A DNA stretch of 64,000 nt from Squalus acanthias (taxonomy: Eukaryota), in the NCBI GenBank assembly GCA_030390025.1, contig CM059430.1, forward strand, positions 4,650,001-4,714,000, written 5' to 3'. The notes under the pieces are model-generated. The model had not been told where the DNA came from. It searched no databases and saw only the letters and a list, made by a program, of their open reading frames with translations. A program made the position numbers and the translations under genes. Positions 25,349 through 37,800 of this stretch are shown piece after piece; positions within the stretch are counted from its first letter, which is position 1; each line of letters opens with the position of its first letter.

Positions 25349-25383
25349 GTTAACGTTTCAGGTCGATGACCTTTTGTCAGAAC
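25349..25383 (-). ncRNA. Degenerate minimal hammerhead ribozyme motif in the Penelope pLTR
   Basis: Minus strand GTT-CTGACAA-A-AGGTC(ATC)GACCT-GAAA-CGT-T-AAC. Core G8 is replaced by A, so it is probably inactive. Confidence 0.6.
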
Positions 25384-25638
25384 TGGAAAAAGTTAGAGAT
25401 ACAACAGATTTCATGCAAGTGAAGGGGCAGGAAAAGTGGGGAGGGGAGGAAAGAACAAAAGGGAAGGTCTGTGATAGGGTGAAAGGCAGGAGAGATTAAA
25501 TGACAAAAGGGATGATTCTACAAAGCAAAAGGAGATGGTAATGAGACAAGTAAAGAAACAAAAGATGAGTTTAGAAGAGGTGTAAATGGGAATGGCAGAA
25601 TCATCAACAGCTGCCATGTGGAAAAATAGGGGCAGAGG

Positions 25639-26997
25639 TTATGGTCTGAAATTGTTGAACTCGATGTTGAGTCCAGAAGGCTGTAAAGTGCCTAATAGAA
25701 AGATGAGGCGCTGTTCCTCGAGCTTACATTGAGCTTCATTGCAACAGTGGAGGAGGCTGAAGACCAAGAGGTCAGAGTGGGAGTGGGGCGGAGAATTAAA
25801 GTGACAGGCAACCGGAAGCTCTGGGTCACGCTTACGGACTGAGCAGAGGTGTTCCACAAAGCGGTCACCCAATCTGCGTTTGGTCTCCCCAGTGTAGAGG
25901 AGACTGCATCGTGAGCAGCGAATACAGTATACTAAATTGAAAGAAGTACAAGTAAATCGCTGTTTCACCTGGAAGGAGTGTTTGGGGCCCTGGAATGTGG
26001 GGAGGGAGGAGGTAAAAGGGCAGTTGTTGCATTTCCTGCGTTTGCACGGGAAGGTGCCTTGGGAAAGGGAGCGGGTGTTGAGGGTGATTGAGGAGTGGAC
26101 CAGGGTGTCGCAGAGGGAGCAGTCCCTTCGGAATGCAGAAAGGGGAGGTGAGGGGAAGATGTGTTTGGTGGTGGGATCACGCTGGAGGTGGCGGAAATGG
26201 CGGAGGATAATCCATTAAATGTGGAGGCTGGTGGGGTGAAAGGTGAGGACAAGGGGAACCCTATTCTAGTTCTGGGAGGGAGGGGAAGCGGCGAGAGCAG
26301 AAGTGCAGGAAATGGAACGGACACGGTCGAGGGCCGTGTCAACCACAGTAGAGGGGAATCCTCGGTTGAGGAAAACGGAAGACATATTGGAAGCACTAGT
26401 ATGGAAGATGGCGTCATCAGAACAGATGAGACGGAGAAACTGGGAGAATGGGATAGAGTCCTTACAGTGAGTGGGGTGGGAGGAAGTGTAGTCTAGATAG
26501 CTGTGGGAATCAGTGGGGTTATAGTAGATGTTTGTCGATAGCCTAGCACCAGAAATGGTGACAGAGAAGTCGAGGAAGGGAAGGGAAGAGTTGGAGATGG
26601 ACCATGTGAAGGTGAGGAAAGGGTGGCAATTGGAAGCAAAGTGAATGAAATTTTCTAGATCAGGGCGAGAGCAGGAAACGGCACCGATACAGTCATCAAT
26701 GTACTGGAAAAAGAGGTGAGGGAGGGGACCTGAGTAGGACTGGAACAAAGAATGTACCACCTAGCCCACGAAAAGGCAGGCATAGCTAGAACCCATGTGG
26801 GTTCCCATCGTAACACCTTTAATTTGGAGGAAGTGAGTGGAGTCAAAGGAGAAGTTGTTCAACGTGAGAACAAGTTCAGCCAGGCGGAGGAGGGTGGAGG
26901 TGGATGGGGACTGCTTGGGCCTCTGTTCAAGGAATAAGCGGAGCGCCCTCAGGCTGTCCTGGTGGGGGATGGAGGTATAGAGGGATTGGACGTCCAT
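25639..26997 (-). pseudogene. Penelope RT/GIY-YIG endonuclease polyprotein, frameshifted
   Basis: RT: MDVQSLYTSIPH..GVTMGTHMGSSYACLF..FFQYIDDCIG..LPFLDF. GIY-YIG with Cys/His motif: FTCTSFNLVYCIRCSRCSLLYTGETKRRLGDRFVEH..VACHFN..GTLQPSGLN. Stops and frameshifts present. Confidence 0.95.
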
Positions 26998-27828
26998 AGT
27001 GAAAAGGAGACGGTTGGGGCCAGGAAACTGCCATATTATTGAGCTCTTAAGTAAAAGTTGCTGTTCGATTTAGCCTTATCCTCAATGCCAACATTTATGC
27101 AATTCACATTTCATTACACACTGGAAATGCATGATATTTTTTCTTATAATTCTGAAGTGCTTATTAGTCATAAAAATACATTTTTAATTAGCGCTGTGAT
27201 CAACTATAAAGCTATATTCGGAGCTGCAACAGACTACATTGTTCGACTGAACATGGCATGTCAGGAGTTTCCAGTTTACTTTGTTATTTCATGAAAGTTA
27301 TTCACTACCAAAGTGGTATAAATATAGAATGGGTGATTTAGAGCTAATAGTCACAGAGCACGACAATGGTCATCAATGTGCACACTAAGACAGCTTCACA
27401 TTTTCAATGTGTGATAATATTCAGAAAAGAATATAGCATTAGTATAGGTTTAGGAATAAATAATCTCCAGTTGATTACCAATAAATTCACTGTGCAGTGC
27501 TTATTGCAGAATATTAATGCACCCACATTTATTTTCTCTTCACTAACTGCCACCTACCATAGTGTATTGTTTTATTTTACTGGCTAAGCAGAACAAATTA
27601 ACTATGAATCAAAATACTTTACACCCAGTGCAATGTTAACTCTGAGAATACATCTACAGTGTAACAGTCTATTACAGTTGTCCAAAGGACCTACCAGATT
27701 TTCCATAATACATGGGTTCTGCTCTATCCAGATCAATTCTCCAAGATCCAACCCCACAGCCATCTCCAGGCCCTGACTTCACACCACAGTATCTTCCAAC
27801 AACATTCAGGTAGAATATATAGGCTTAA

Positions 27829-28379
27829 TGTAGATTACGGGAAAAATGGGTGGCTGCAATGTGGAGTACACAGGTGACCATTTTATAGAGGTGAAGGGGT
27901 TAAAAGTTAGATTAGCGGCTTAACTGACTAGCTGGCTGATGTAATAAAGGAGAAGTCTGGCAGAACAAAGACAGTTGGAAAAAGCATATTACACGATGAT
28001 TGAGGGAGTAAAAGAAGGCAAGGAGGCCATACATTGAACAATGGGCCGCCAAGATGTGATTTGCGAAGATGAGGTTAAGCGTACGTAAATTGGATAGAAC
28101 AATGGCAGATGTGGAAACAGGGCAAATGAGATAAACAAGATGTGTTTTGTGGAGATGTGATTAAGTGTACGTGACTTGGACAATTAATTGGCCAAGTCCC
28201 AAAGATGTGAAGGAAACAAGATGTAAGATTGTATATAAGCCAAGTGCTCGAATGTAAAAATTAGACTCCCGTCTCAGCTCAGACTGAGAGGGCCTCTCCC
28301 TGCACGTGCTTGAATAAAGATCGCTTGGAACCAGTACACGCTCGTCTCCGTCTGCTGCGGGGCAGAGAGAAATCCCACA
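27829..28379 (+). mobile_element. Possible solo LTR
   Basis: Termini TGTAGATT...AATCCCACA, TATATAA at 28232, AATAAA at 28313, and a U5-like CpG segment. No TSD found, and the left boundary is uncertain. Confidence 0.45.
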
Positions 28380-28669
28380 ACAGAGGAAATGTACCACCAA
28401 CTTCTATTGGAACTTACTTAGGACTGTGAAAAGTGGCTACAATGGACAGATGACTGCTCCATAAAAGTTACACGGTACACAATAAGGGTTGCACTGTATG
28501 CAGTAAGATAACATGACTGGGTGAATATTGGCATTCTGGCACTTGTATAAGTCTCATGTAAACCATATTAACACAGACATGATTAGCTAAATCATACATC
28601 CATTCATTTGTTTTGAATAATGATTTTTTTTCTCTTACACTGACTTAAATTGTTTTGTTCCGCCACATT

Positions 28670-28839
28670 GGGGGCCATTTTCAATTTTAATCGCTGGGTG
28701 ATAAACAGATAACAGTGAATAGGCTGCGTGTTTTACACCTTGCCCGAATGGGAGAGAAAATCGGGCGAGGTGTAAAACGGGCTGTTGATTTACTGTCTCC
28801 TTTTTCTTTTAGCCAGCGATAAAAGTTAAAATGATTCCC
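28670..28839. mobile_element. 170-bp palindromic MITE (Harbinger/Tourist-like)
   Basis: The whole element is an imperfect hairpin (e.g. GTTTTACACCTTGCCCGA / TCGGGCGAGGTGTAAAAC) with a 3-bp TSD ATT. Confidence 0.75.
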
Positions 28840-29561
28840 ATTGTTTCCAGCTTTAATTGACTTCTTTCTCATGCATTAACTATCTTCTGCTTTATCATTT
28901 TTACTCCTTCATTCATCTGCTGCATCAGTTTTTTTAAAATCATTTTTTGTTTGCTCATTTAAAATAAACATGTCCTGTAAGTCCTAACCTACACCCATAT
29001 GATTTACTATTATCTAAGAGAGATGACTGACAGCCAATATTCCAACATCCTTTAGTTGATTACTGATGCTACCCTTGAGTTGGTCACTAGAAGCTGTGTG
29101 AAAGAAGCCATTGATTTTCTTTTCCTATAGGAAACCGCTTGGCCTCCGCTCTTTGTGTGGGGATATGCACTTGTTCTACCACTTTGCCGCACAGTAAACT
29201 GAAGCAGGAGGAAATGTGCCAGCCGTATTATACATTAGTGCAAGGATTCAACTGCATTCTAAAATAAATCACAAGCTGCACGTTTTTAAAAAAGTGGCCA
29301 ACATTTATCAGATAAAACTTTTGCTCCACACCTCTTTCCTACTCAAAAATTCATTTTTTACCCTGTTTTCTTTACAATTCTGCTGGCCATGAAGCTCTCC
29401 CTGGCTAAGTGTTCTCACAGGTAGCTTCCTTCCAAGGCCACAACCATTTCTGATTTTAAGACAATAGCTAAGGGGTGCAGGGCAGCAAGGATTGGGAGGG
29501 GCTGCAATTTGCCATCGGATTTTGATTTACTTCCTGTGGAAAAGTGTGAAGTCTCTCCTCA

Positions 29562-29720
29562 TGGGATGGCAGGACTGTTCCTGGGATGGCAGGACTGTTC
29601 CTGGGATGGCAGGACTTTCCCTGGGATGGCAGGACTGTTCCTGGGATGGCAGGACTGTTCTTGGGATGGCAGGACTGTCCCTGGGATGGCAGGACTGTTC
29701 CTGGGATGGCAGGACTGTTG
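29562..29720 (+). repeat. 20-bp minisatellite (CTGGGATGGCAGGACTGTTC) x8
   Basis: Eight near-identical 20-mers counted directly; the last unit runs into CR1 ORF2. Confidence 0.97.
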
Positions 29721-30180
29721 TATGAGGAGAGATTGGGTCGACTCGGCCTGTATTCACTAGAGTTTAGAAGAATGAGAGGGGATCTCATGGAAACGGATAA
29801 AATTCTGACAGGGCTAGACAGACTGGATGCAGGGAGGATGTTTCCCTTGGCTGGGGGCTCTAGAACGAGGGGTCACAGTCTCAGGATATGGGGTAGGACA
29901 TTTAGGACTGAGATGAGGAGAAATTTCTTCACTCAGAGGGTGGTGAACCTGTGGAATTCTCTACCACAGAAGGCTGTGGAGGCCAAGTCACTGAATATAT
30001 TTAAGAAGGAGATAGATAGATTTCTAGACGCAAAAGGCGTCAAGGGGTCTGGGGAGAGAGCGGGAATATGGTATTGAGATAGAGGATCAGCCATGATCAT
30101 ATTGAATGGCGGAGCAGGCTCGAAGGGCCGAATGGCCTACTCCTGCTCCTATTTTTCTATGTTTCTATGTTCTATGTTTC
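29701..30180 (+). mobile_element. CR1 LINE 3' fragment, relatively young
   Basis: PGMAGLLYEERLGRLGLYSLEFRRMRGDL..SRTRGHSLRI..RRNFFTQRVVNLWNSLPQKAVEA, then the 3' UTR hairpin and a (CTATGTTT)n tail. Confidence 0.96.
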
Positions 30181-30951
30181 TCACACCAATGGTGAAATCA
30201 GAGTTTTCTAAGTGGGCAATCTTGGGCATGAAGTTATATCTGATTAATTACCGGAACAGCGTATTGGGAGCATCAACACACTGTGGCATTGTTGCAGAAG
30301 TTGGAAATTTAAACCTAAAGCCTTTTGATCAAACTGTGTTTAACATATCCAATTCTATTACAATCATGAAATAAATCATAAGCTAAAGAGTATTTGAGCA
30401 TATTGCAGTTAACACTTCAGGGTTCAGATGACAGTTACAAACCACTTGTGCTTCACAGTTCACATTGACAATTCATGTCATCATGTCAAAATATTACGCT
30501 TCCCTTCCAAACTTTCAAGGAATTAAGAATAATAGAGCTGTCAATAAATTCCTAATCTGTTAGTGCTTTTGCATATTGTAAACTTGGCAGATACACATTA
30601 ATCTATGAAATCGCTTCTAAGTCACACCAGATTCTCCGAGTTGAGGGTAAAATATATATATTTTTTAAAAAGCACATGTGCAGCCCAGTTACAAAATTAG
30701 ATTTTTCACTTGCTTTGGTCATTGAGAAATTTGATATTTTAATTTGTGTTTAATTGTTCAAAATAAATTGGGTAATGTTTCTAATAAACTAGAAGAACAT
30801 TGGCAATTTATGGAATAGGCTTGGCCAATGATGAATGAGATAATTCTTCTAAACAATTGCTTAGCTGGTGACTTAATTATGAAAGCTTTGTTCTCTTGTC
30901 CAATGATTGATTAATTTTAACAAATTTACCAGCTTATATTTTATCTACTAT

Positions 30952-32182
30952 TGGCCCAAAATTTGCAGTCGGAAGGTTCCCGCAGGCGGATGCCTCCGAC
31001 CAGCAAAATATCTACGAATTTACCTGGTGGTCCGGGAGGTATGGAGGCGTGCGATCCTGGGCCTCTCGGGTACGCGCGGGCAGAGGCCCACGTATCCTAG
31101 GGGCGCAGGCAGTTCGCAAGCGCCCCTGGGATCACGTGGGCCGGCCCAACCAATAAAAGAAGGGAATCCCCATTCATACTCATGGGAGTTCTGTACAAAC
31201 GAAATCCCCATAAGTATGAATGGGGATCACTTAAAAAATACACGAACACATGAAATAAATTCATTAAAAAATTACATAATTAAAATTAATTAAAATGCCA
31301 TTTAATTAAATATTTTAAACAAAAATTTAATTTTCTGATTTTTTTTTGTATGTTTTAACGGGGCTAAAAATAAACTTACCTTATTGGACAGGGTTTTTAA
31401 TGTATAAATCAGTGATAACATTTAATTTTTTAAAACTCTTATGCTGGTAAAAGCAGGCCAAGTGTAAGAATTTCACAGGCATTCAGCAGGGTGGAAGTTG
31501 GGAAAATAGCGCAACTCTCCGCCCGCGGAGGTCCTTCTCCTGGGGATGTGGATCATCTGTCAAGAGAATTCTTGACAGATCGCAAGTTCCGGGTTTTCGC
31601 GCATACACATGCATAAAAGCCCACGTATCCCAGGGGGTCACGCAGTTCGCAAGCGCCCCTGGGATCACGTGGGCCAGGCCAACCAATCAGAAAGGGGGAT
31701 CCCCATTATACTTATGAGGATTCCATTTACGTTCGGAATCCCCATTTGCATGATAGGAGTCCCCTAAAAAACACAATTACTCTCCAGTTAAATAAAAATA
31801 AATCATTACATGTTCAAACTGAATTAAAATACAATTAAATTAAACATTTAAAACAAAAATTTCACGTTTTGAAAAATAAATGTAAACATTTTAAAGGGGC
31901 TAAAAATAACATAACTAATTCTGAAGTTTCTTTTATGTTTAAATAATTTTTTTTAAATTATTTTAATATTTATTTAAATTCTTATGCTGGTAGAAGAAGG
32001 CCCTACGCCTGCTTTTACCAGGTGTAAGAGTTCCACGGGCATTCGCTGGGCAGTAGTTGGGCCAACTCTCCGCCCGCGGATGTCCATTTCCCGGGGATGC
32101 TGTCAAGCTGAAACTTGACAGATCGCAAGTTCTGGGTTTTCAGGCAGGCGCAGCGGTCAAATGCCCCAGAAAATCTGGGCCA
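30952..32182. mobile_element. Hairpin-rich MITE, copy 2, with internal tandem duplication
   Basis: TIRs TGGCCCAAAATTT / rc TGGCCCAGATTTT, with CTAT on both flanks. Two diverged tandem units (~31088-31615 and ~31620-32150) are homologous to 2444..3196. Confidence 0.85.
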
Positions 32183-33190
32183 CTATCATATCCTTGGGAA
32201 CACATGCTAACATTTTGTATGTCTTCATTGCAATCCTGTGACAGATAGGATTAAAGTCTGGGCTCCAACTGAAAAAACAAGTTATCGCACATCCCAGTTC
32301 TGATGCAGAACAGACATCTCATCTTGTTCAGCCACGTGGCTCAGCTTCAGTAGTCAACTTGTACCCAGAAAGGCTTGTTTTTTTCAGAGCACTGTCCAGG
32401 TACAGAAGTCATTTGGACATCCAAAGAAGTAATCCAAAAAAAAACCCTCTGAATCTGCCACGATGAAAGGGATTTCCACCTGCCACATGGAGATCGCAAT
32501 GGATCAATGATGTGTATTTCATGTTCCACCATGTATAACATTTTACATTAGCTATAAACAGTGTAAACGCGAATTTCTGATGAAAACAAATTAAATTTTC
32601 AAGTCAAACATTTTCAATCAGAATTGTTTTATGAGCAATCAATTGCATTTTAGATGATTCACATTCAGAGAAGTATTTTGTTCATCAGAAATACTCTGTC
32701 CATAAGGAAATGGGGAGGGGAGAAATTATACAGTTACAAAGATCTTCCCTTATCTTCCTTAGACCAGAGAGATAATTGGCATTAATAAATGTCTCTGCAG
32801 AGGAAACTGTAAAAGCAATTCTTTGAGCACTAGTTTAATTAATCTGCTGCCTATTTAAAAGTTACATTTGTTTGGAGTTTGGGACAATCATGATCAGAAA
32901 GTGCCAACGATTCAAATTTGTCCCACAATATTTCACCGCCAAATCTTACCTCAAAAAAGATGTGGTGAGCATTGGGGTGACTGCAAAGGAGGGCAAAAAA
33001 GAATGAGGTCAGTGAATTGTAGGGGTCATCTTGGGAGATTTATTTGCAGATAGGAAGAGTGTATGAGTCAAGTGTTTAAAATTTGACAGGAGTGAGAGAG
33101 AAAGTGGTAAGTGGATTGTACCGACCCAGCAGAGTGTCCAGGAAAGATATTTAAAATTTAAAACACAATCATTTAAGGAAGAAATTATTT

Positions 33191-33826
33191 GGGGTGGAAG
33201 TTAGTCTGGGCCCGTTGGACTCAATGCTGCAACAAGAGGCCAGAAGATCGATAAAAATTGGTCCTTGGGCCTCATCTGAATAATTGGGGCAAGCTGCCAC
33301 TGCTGGTCGTGCCTCCACAGGCAGTTATCCCAACAGGAGAAGCCAAGTTCGGGCCGCCTGCCTCCCCAACAGTGGCCATCAGGTAAGTCCTGGGTGTGGT
33401 GCTGGAGCAGGCTATGGTGGAGGGGGAAATGGTGATCGTGACTCCTCAGGAGTCAGGGAGCACTCCTGCTCCTGCTGGTTCCACAGGGAGGTGTTTCTAA
33501 TAAAAAAATGAAATCATTTTTTTTTAAGTACTCACCTTTAGTTGGCTGAGAAGGCCAGGCCAGGCCAACGCCTGCCCTGCTCATCACTAACCAATTTCTC
33601 AAAGGGGGTCCTTTAACAGGCGTTAGGCCCCTTACTTATATATTCAAGGGGCCTAATGCTTGTTTTAGTCATCCGCCCAGGTCACCTAAAAAATAGGCCC
33701 CACAAATTTGGCAATGGAACCAATGCCAACGCAGATTGGGCACAGGCTATCCCACTACTAAATTGATCTGCTTTGCGCCTGTTTTACACACGAAAAATGG
33801 GCGCAATACATAGCAATTTCTACCCC
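33191..33826. mobile_element. Harbinger-type MITE, older
   Basis: Ends GGGGTGGAAGTT / rc GGGGTAGAAATT, TTT on both flanks, GC-rich interior. Confidence 0.65.
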
Positions 33827-34440
33827 TTTTTGTTTAAGACTTGCGGAATAAACTGCAGTATGCAGATAACGGAGGTAACAGTCTGAGACAGTTCTCCCGA
33901 TTTACGCCATTTGTCCGAGGTTTCCAAGGCTCTTTTGCTGAAGTTAGGGAAGATGATTCAAAAAGGAACTGAATATATTCCTGATTATGGAGAGAGTAAT
34001 GGAGTATGAATTTGGATCGAGTGAAATGGTAATAGGAATGCCTATTTGCAGTACACAGTCAGAATGTAGTATTGCAGCATTAATGAATTAAATAGACCAA
34101 GTGGCCTTTTATTTTCCATCATCCAAAATATCAAAGAAAAACAATATGATGCATACAGCTTATTAAGGTTGTAAGTCTATACTTCAGATTTATGATTCAG
34201 GCAGATATTTCAATTACCCATGATGCTAGTACTTAAAATACTATAAAGCATAACACGGTCAACACAGTAACGCATTATGATTTGTAATTTCTGTTTGTAT
34301 TCCAGCAAGAGCTGGAAATCTAGGGATAGCTGCAGCATGGGCCTCACTGATATTAGCAAATGAGTTGTCAAACATTTGCTTCTCTGCAGTGTAAAGGGGT
34401 TTGAAACATTATAATTTTAAGTACTAGAGTTATTAGTATA

Positions 34441-34740
34441 GCACCTCCCAAGCCCGTGACCTCCACCACCTAGAAGGATAAGGGCAGTAGATGCATGGGG
34501 ACACCATCACCTCCAAGTCACACACCATCCCAACTTGGACATATATTGTCATTCCTTCCTCGTTGCTGGGTCAAAATCCTGGAACTCGCTACTCAACAGC
34601 ATTGTGGGAGTCCCTTCACCACATGGACTGCAGTGGTTCAAGAAGGCGGCTCACCACCACCTTCTCAAGGGCAATTAGGGATGGGCAATAAATGCTGGCC
34701 TTGCCAGCGACGCCCACATCCCGTAAACGAATAAAAAAAA
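34441..34740 (+). mobile_element. CR1/L2-group LINE 3' end
   Basis: Homologous (opposite orientation) to 38020-38365 and ends GCCAGCGACGCCCACATCCCGTAAACGAATAAAAAAAA. Confidence 0.8.
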
Positions 34741-36842
34741 CTAGGAGGGAAAGTCACATATTGTTAGCAGGTAGCTTATGAGCTCCCTTAATGCAAGTTT
34801 TATGGGTTTCATCAACTTCAGGATCTGATCGCCTGTATAAGGACACTAAAATTGAAGGGAATTCAGGCTTATTCATTTATGAAACATAGAGTCAACATTT
34901 TAGTATCTTTACTCTTTCTAGATTTGCTGTTGTTTGTACTTTTTTCTGTTTTTCATTGCTGTTCTCATGCTGTCAGATAACTTGACTCATAAAATTCACC
35001 ACAACCCAATGCTGTTGGAGTCATAGGGAGCCACCTCTGGAATTTGGTTAATGATTAGGGGGAAATTCAAATCAATCTGTAACAAATTATTCATAAGAAA
35101 TATTACTAATAAAGAGGTATTATGTTTCTGAGAGGGCCACGGCCAAGGAAGGAGAAAGTTAAGATGAGCTAAATTGATTATGGACCCATGGTAAAAATCA
35201 ATATTTTCTTTCCTTGTATACTAGTTGCAAGTGGAAAACAAATCCATTCTTGAAAAGAATCAGGGCACAGGAGAAAGTGGATTTAGTTATCAGTTGAATG
35301 CAAGTGCCTCCGGAAATCTGCCAGGTATTGTAGGGGTTACTAACAATCAAACTAAATATTCTTGCTTTTCTAGATACTGTAACAAGACTTCAGGATTTTT
35401 CATTACAGAATAGACCAAATACACAAACAAAACAATTTCTGAATTATATTAAACAAGATGAAAGAATACTGCAATAATACAGCGAGGGTGTTAAAACCAT
35501 TATAAAGTATATTAATACATGAACCTACTAAAATTCTGTGCGTGTCACAATGTATCTACTTGCCTTGTGTGCAACAAAGCAAACATTTTTGTTAACCAAG
35601 ATTGCTTTTAATATAAAAACAGGGCAAGCCAAAGAATAGAATATTGGTGCTGTCCACTCACATCATAGTGCCTGATGTTTCAATCAAGCTAGGTAGGTTT
35701 CCTGTAGAAAAGTAAAATCAGATTGTCCTTTTTAAACTAGCTTAAAATCTTTTTGGTACTCCACAGGATATTATAACCGATAGTGTGCCAGGAACGATGG
35801 GTGGCATTTAATTTGGAAGATAGGAATATTAAAAAGTAAGAATGATCCAAGTCCACCATAATTGATTAGCCAGTTTCCCATCTGCTCCCCTCTGTGCCCG
35901 TTCTTTGTAAAACAAAATACACCAATTCATAAAGATGTACTAAACTGACGACCCTACAGTCTCTTCATGTTCATCATCATTTATCTTGATTTTTCCTCAC
36001 CTCGAATTAGAAATTAAGAACTATCGTTTTTTAAGATAAGATAACAGAAGTAGATTAACAGTCAGATTCATGGTGCACAAAAATCAATGTACAACAGTGT
36101 TTCAGTGTGCTCCTTACTTTGCCACTTAAGCAACAACCTCAAAACTGTATGCAGCAGAAAATCTCTACTCTCTCTGGTAGAGTATAACTCCCTTAGTGAT
36201 TGACCTTTATGTATTAATAAAATGAACCACCAATAGCCATGTAACTGTCAGGTGGTCCACAGAGAATGCCAAGCTTATGTCCACACATCTGTCATACACA
36301 TGTGCACTTGCTGTGTGTGTGCACTCTTAAAATTTTTAACTGTTTGCAAAGTCAGAATTGCCTTAACTTTTACTGACATTTATCTAATATTTTATCAAAT
36401 TTCATGACTGCAGGCTCAAGAATGGCCACTGAATTGAATTTGTAATGTGGGCCAATTAGGGTTTATTAACAAATTTGGTCAATTTGGAGCATTGTCTGTT
36501 CGGGTGATTCTGACCAAACATCAATACCAGCATGAATTGTAGAAGGAAAAAAATGATTTCTGATATTTCAATAGGGAAAAGTGGTTGAGGAACACATCTG
36601 TCTTTCTTTGATATAATGGTGAGTTTACACCTTGACATCCTTATAGGTCTGGTGCTGGTAGGAAATGCATCAATGTTTTGTAGTGACATTTTGGCGAGTG
36701 TGATTCTGATCCATGATGCCCTGATGTGCTCGAGTTCTACGTGAAGAGTGTGAAAGGTTTGTTCACTGATTTTGGTTTTGTGGAAATGGCTTTCAGTTTC
36801 AGAAAACACTCAGACTTTCAGTGAAACATGAACCTCACCAAG

Positions 36843-36945
36843 AAATGAAGAGTAAAGACCTGAAACATCATAACCTGTCTTTTCTCTTTACAGATGCTGC
36901 TAGACCTGTTGTGTATTTCCAGAATTTTCCATTTTTTATTAAAAA
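36843..36945 (+). mobile_element. Decayed Penelope pLTR-derived fragment
   Basis: GACCTGAAAC..CAGATGCTGCTAGACCTGTTGTGTATTTCCAG is similar to 18500-18580. Confidence 0.65.
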
Positions 36946-36989
36946 AAAGTAAATGCGCATTTCATTATGTAAAGTATCAGTTACATAAT

Positions 36990-37290
36990 GGCATAGTCTC
37001 AGGATAAGGGGTCAGGCCATTTAAGACTGAGATGAGGAGGAATTTCTTCACTCAGAGGGTTGTGAATCTTTTGGAATTCTCTGCCCCAGAGGGCTGTGCA
37101 TGCTGAGTCTTTGAGTATATTCAAGGTTGAGATAGATAGATTTTTGGACTCTAGGGGAATCAAGGGATATGGAGATCGGGCGGGAAAGTGGAGTTGAGGT
37201 CGATGATCAGCCATGATCTTATTGAATGGCGGAGCAGGCTCGAGGGGCTGTATGGCCTAATCCTGCTCCTAATTCTTATATTCTTATGTT
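36990..37290 (+). mobile_element. CR1 LINE 3' fragment
   Basis: Similar to 29870-30170 (AGACTGAGATGAGGAGGAATTTCTTCACTCAGAGGG..GATCAGCCATGATC..GGCGGAGCAGGCTCGAGGGGC). Confidence 0.93.
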
Positions 37291-37479
37291 CACAAATACA
37301 CAGGTAGATGGGATACATACTAAAGTAGTGGTTCCTAACAGACTAGTATCTTAGAACCAAAAAGATGAAATAATTATGAACACTATAGATGCTACGACAT
37401 AAAATATTAACCACCTACAAACACATTGTATAGTACATTTCTATTGAATGTGTTGATTTTTTTTTTTAAGTAGGAAAAA

Positions 37480-37800
37480 GGGCTGCCTGGTATCACAAGC
37501 AGCAGAATGCTTGCCTCCCAACCAAAAGTTGCAGGTTCGAGTTCCAGTGCTAACTGTCACTCGAATTCACATACCTTTGTCGGGTAAGTTTAATTGGCTC
37601 TCGGCCAGATTGCCTCGCCCATATCTCATGGGAAAAAAAAAACAACTGACATGATCCATCTTGCCCTGCGTGAATTGTGCCTCATGCTGGCAGATCATGG
37701 AGCAGCACTGACAGTGGTCATGGAGATGTCCGTGGTCCAGACAATTCAAGCCTCCCAGCTGGAGGAAGACGTTTCATGGTCAGCAGCCTGCAAGAGGAGA
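37480..37800 (+). mobile_element. Possible ancient tRNA-derived SINE
   Basis: B-box-like GGTTCGAGTTCC at 37534-37545, preceded by an anticodon-arm-like segment and followed by an A-rich end near 37810-37840. Family not recognised. Confidence 0.35.

Larger units (their letters stand above)
25291..27026 (-). mobile_element. 5'-truncated Penelope-like retroelement (RT + GIY-YIG + 3' pLTR)
   Basis: RT and GIY-YIG ORF remnants, a pLTR with a hammerhead-like motif at 25349-25383, and flanking direct repeat ACTGCCATATT (25280-25290, 27027-27037). Confidence 0.95.

Noticed and set aside
25639-26997. Functional or domesticated RT-GIY-YIG gene
   Set aside because: It has multiple stops and frameshifts and is 5'-truncated, so it is an ordinary dead Penelope copy.
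29562-29720. Regular 20-bp repeats as a CRISPR array
   Set aside because: There are no unique spacers, the unit is CR1-derived, the context is eukaryotic, and no cas genes are present.
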